Positions 61,571-64,000 of a stretch of DNA of 64,000 nt are shown one piece after another. The stretch comes from an uncultured delta proteobacterium (GTDB taxonomy: Bacteria; Myxococcota_A; UBA9160; UBA4427). The first letter of the stretch is position 1. Each line of letters starts with the position of its first letter. The position numbers and the translations under genes were made by a program. The stretch is taken from contig CAWGJT010000013.1 in assembly GCA_963822965.1 (NCBI GenBank), positions 192,001-256,000 of the forward strand, given 5' to 3'. A model generated the notes under the pieces. That model ran no database searches, was not told the DNA's origin, and saw nothing but the letters and a program-made list of their open reading frames with translations.

Positions 61571-64000
61571 TCACGCGCCTGCGTCCGCCGCGGGCCGCGG
61601 CAGGCGGCGGCTCCGCGCCAGCACGAAGAAGACCGGCAGCACCAGCAGGATCACCGTCGTCGCCGTGACGATGCCGCCCACCATGGGCGCAGCCACGCGC
61701 TTCATCGTCTCCGATCCCGTGCCCAGCCCCCACATGATGGGCAGCAGACCGATCACGTCCGAGCCCACGGTCATGAGCAGGGGGCGGACGCGGTCCGTCG
61801 CACCTTCCAGGGTGGCACGCCGCAGATCCGCGATGCTCGTGAGCCGGCCGCCTTCCCGGGCGCGATCGACGGCCTGGTTCAGGAAGAGCAGCATGACGAC
61901 GCCCGTCTCGGCCGTGAGCCCCGACAGCGCCAGGAACCCCGCCAGCACGGCCACGCTGAAGTCGTAGTCCAGCAGCCAGACGAGGTAGACGCCCCCGACC
62001 CAGGCGAGGGGCAGACACGCGATCACGAGCAACGTGTCGGACACGCTGCGCGAGCTCACGTAGAGCAGCAGCACGATCAGCGCGAGCGTCAAGGGAACGA
62101 TCGTCTCCATGCGCCGGGTCGCGCGCTCGAGGTACTCGTACTGGCCGCTCCACGCGAGCGTGTAGCCGGTCGGCAGAGACAGCTCCCGGGCCACCACCTC
62201 CTTCGCTCGGGCCACGTAGGTCCCCACGTCGACTCCTTCGAGGTCCACGTACACCCAGGCGCTCGGACGCGAGTTCTCCGTGCGGATCGCGGCCGGGCCC
62301 TTCCGGAACTCGAGCGTCGCGAGCTGGCCGAGGGGGACGTGCGCGCCTCCCGGGGTGGCGACGAGCACCCGTCGCAGGGAGGTGACGTCGTCGCGCAGCT
62401 CGCGCGGGTAGCGCAGGTTCACCGGGTAGCGCTCCAGGCCCTCGACGGTCTCGGTCACGTTCATTCCGCCGATGGCGCTGCCGATCACGTCCTGCACGTC
62501 GCCCACCGTCAGGCCGTAGCGCGCGATCTGCTCGCGATCGATGTCGACGTCGAGGTAGTTGCCGCCGACCACCCGCTCGGCGAAGACGCTCTGGGTGCCG
62601 GGAAGATCGCGCAGGGCCGTCTCCACCTCGCGGCCGAGCTTCTCCAGGACGCGCAGGTCGGGGCCCGCGAGCTTCACCCCCACCGGCGTCTTGATGCCCG
62701 TCGAGAGCATGTCGATGCGGGTCTTGATGGGCATGGTCCAGACGTTCGTGAGGCCGGGAAGGGAGGTGGCGCGATCGAGCTCGGCGACGAGCTTCTTCGT
62801 GGTCATCCCGGGGCGCCAGCGGTCGCGCGGCGCCAGGGTGACGACCGTCTCGATCATGGACAGGGGCGCGTTGTCGGTCGCCGTCTCGGCCCGGCCGACC
62901 TTGCCGAAGACGCGCTCCACCTCGGGAAAGCCCTTGATGATGCGATCCGTCTGCTGCAGCACCTCGCGCGCCTTGGTGATCGAGAGCCCCGGCAGCGTGC
63001 TCGGCATGTAGAGCAGGTCCCCCTCGTCGAGCGGGGGCATGAACTCGCTGCCGATGCGGCTGGCGGGCCACGCGACCGTGCACAGGACCAGCACCGCCAC
63101 CACCGCCGTCGCCACGCGATGCCGCATGACGAGCCCGAGCAGCGGGCGATAGACGGAGAGCACGGCGCGGTTCAGCGGGTTGCGATCCTCGGACAGGATG
63201 CGGCCCCGCACGAGCCACACCATGAGCGCCGGGACGACGGTGATGGAGAGCAGCGCCGCGCCCGCCATCGCCCAGGTCTTGGTGAAGGCCAGCGGCCGGA
63301 AGAGCCGACCCTCCTGGGCCTCGAAGGCGAAGATCGGCAGGAAGGAGACGGTCACGATCAGCAGGGAGAAGAAGAGCGACGGCCCCACCTCGGCGGCGGC
63401 TTCGATCAGCACCTCGCGGCGTGGACGCCCCTCGCCCTCGCGCTCGAGGTGTTTGTGGGCGTTCTCGACCATCACGATGCCCGCGTCGATCATGGTTCCG
63501 ATGGCGATGGCGATGCCGCCCAGGGACATGATGTTGGCGTTGATGCCCTGGTAGTACATCACGATGAACGAGAAGAGGATGCCCAGGGGAAGCAGCAGGA
63601 TGGCGACGAGAGCGCTGCGCAGGTGACCGAGGAAGACGACACAGACGAGCGCGACGATCAGCACCTGTTCCACGAGCTTCTCGCGCAGGTTGTCGACGGC
63701 CCGCTCGATGAGGGGCGCGCGGTCGTAGACCGGTACGATCTCGACTCCCGCGGGCAGGGTGGGGGCCAGCTTGGCGAGCTTCGCCTTGACGGCTTCGATG
63801 GTCGCGAGCGCGTTCTCCCCCGATCGCATGACGACGATGCCGGCCGGCGCCTCGCCCTCCCCGTCGAGGTCGGTGAGGCCGCGGCGCAGCTCGGGCCCCA
63901 CGCTCACGCTCGCCACGTCGCGCAGCAGGATGGGGGTGCCGGACGCGTCGGCGCCCACGGCGGTCTCCTCGAAGTCGCGCACGCTGCGCGCATAGCCCCG
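61571..64000 (-). CDS. cusA: CusA/CzcA heavy-metal efflux RND permease (5' part outside window)
   Basis: NIMSLGGIAIAIG, EFMPPLDEG, MPIKTRIDMLSTG, AETGVVM, AAPMVGG. Confidence 0.93.
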   Translation of the reverse strand, partial: RGYARSVRDFEETAVGADASGTPILLRDVASVSVGPELRRGLTDLDGEGEAPAGIVVMRSGENALATIEAVKAKLAKLAPTLPAGVEIVPVYDRAPLIERAVDNLREKLVEQVLIVALVCVVFLGHLRSALVAILLLPLGILFSFIVMYYQGINANIMSLGGIAIAIGTMIDAGIVMVENAHKHLEREGEGRPRREVLIEAAAEVGPSLFFSLLIVTVSFLPIFAFEAQEGRLFRPLAFTKTWAMAGAALLSITVVPALMVWLVRGRILSEDRNPLNRAVLSVYRPLLGLVMRHRVATAVVAVLVLCTVAWPASRIGSEFMPPLDEGDLLYMPSTLPGLSITKAREVLQQTDRIIKGFPEVERVFGKVGRAETATDNAPLSMIETVVTLAPRDRWRPGMTTKKLVAELDRATSLPGLTNVWTMPIKTRIDMLSTGIKTPVGVKLAGPDLRVLEKLGREVETALRDLPGTQSVFAERVVGGNYLDVDIDREQIARYGLTVGDVQDVIGSAIGGMNVTETVEGLERYPVNLRYPRELRDDVTSLRRVLVATPGGAHVPLGQLATLEFRKGPAAIRTENSRPSAWVYVDLEGVDVGTYVARAKEVVARELSLPTGYTLAWSGQYEYLERATRRMETIVPLTLALIVLLLYVSSRSVSDTLLVIACLPLAWVGGVYLVWLLDYDFSVAVLAGFLALSGLTAETGVVMLLFLNQAVDRAREGGRLTSIADLRRATLEGATDRVRPLLMTVGSDVIGLLPIMWGLGTGSETMKRVAAPMVGGIVTATTVILLVLPVFFVLARSRRLPRPAADAGA

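Overview
Very GC-rich bacterial DNA. The gene content (many SDRs, family III CoA-transferases, sigma54 systems, RNase D) suggests a Myxococcota/deltaproteobacterium-like organism, but this is inference only. About 60 CDS can be supported: FAH-family 3' end, cysH, folK, an aminotransferase-LuxE-LuxC operon without luciferase, a Gfo/Idh-sulfatase-SDR-Rieske cluster, an RNHCP gene with a long structured leader, a TRAP transporter, a sigma54-controlled sulfur-trafficking operon (2 rhodaneses, TauE, split YeeE/YedE, SelD-N-like oxidoreductase) running into GH172 and amidase genes, two CoA-transferases, a complete rrf2-sufBCDSUT operon, a PuuD-like protein with a convergent cytochrome c, proS, IclR-ilvE, FIST, rnd, pepP, acs and a partial cusA. 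I saw no rRNA, tRNA, CRISPR or transposase. The most striking observations are: (1) a 10 x 29-bp tandem array between rrf2 and sufB in which every unit is a 10-codon mini-ORF whose TGA overlaps the next ATG, forming a translational-coupling relay from rrf2 into sufB; (2) an unannotated ~190-nt structured RNA candidate with a clean sigma54 promoter and terminator, convergent on rnd; (3) the luciferase-free aminotransferase-LuxE-LuxC operon, a possible carboxylate-to-amine pathway; (4) a leader-peptide/hairpin attenuator candidate upstream of the RNHCP gene. Start codons were chosen by eye and family calls come from motif recognition, not database searches.
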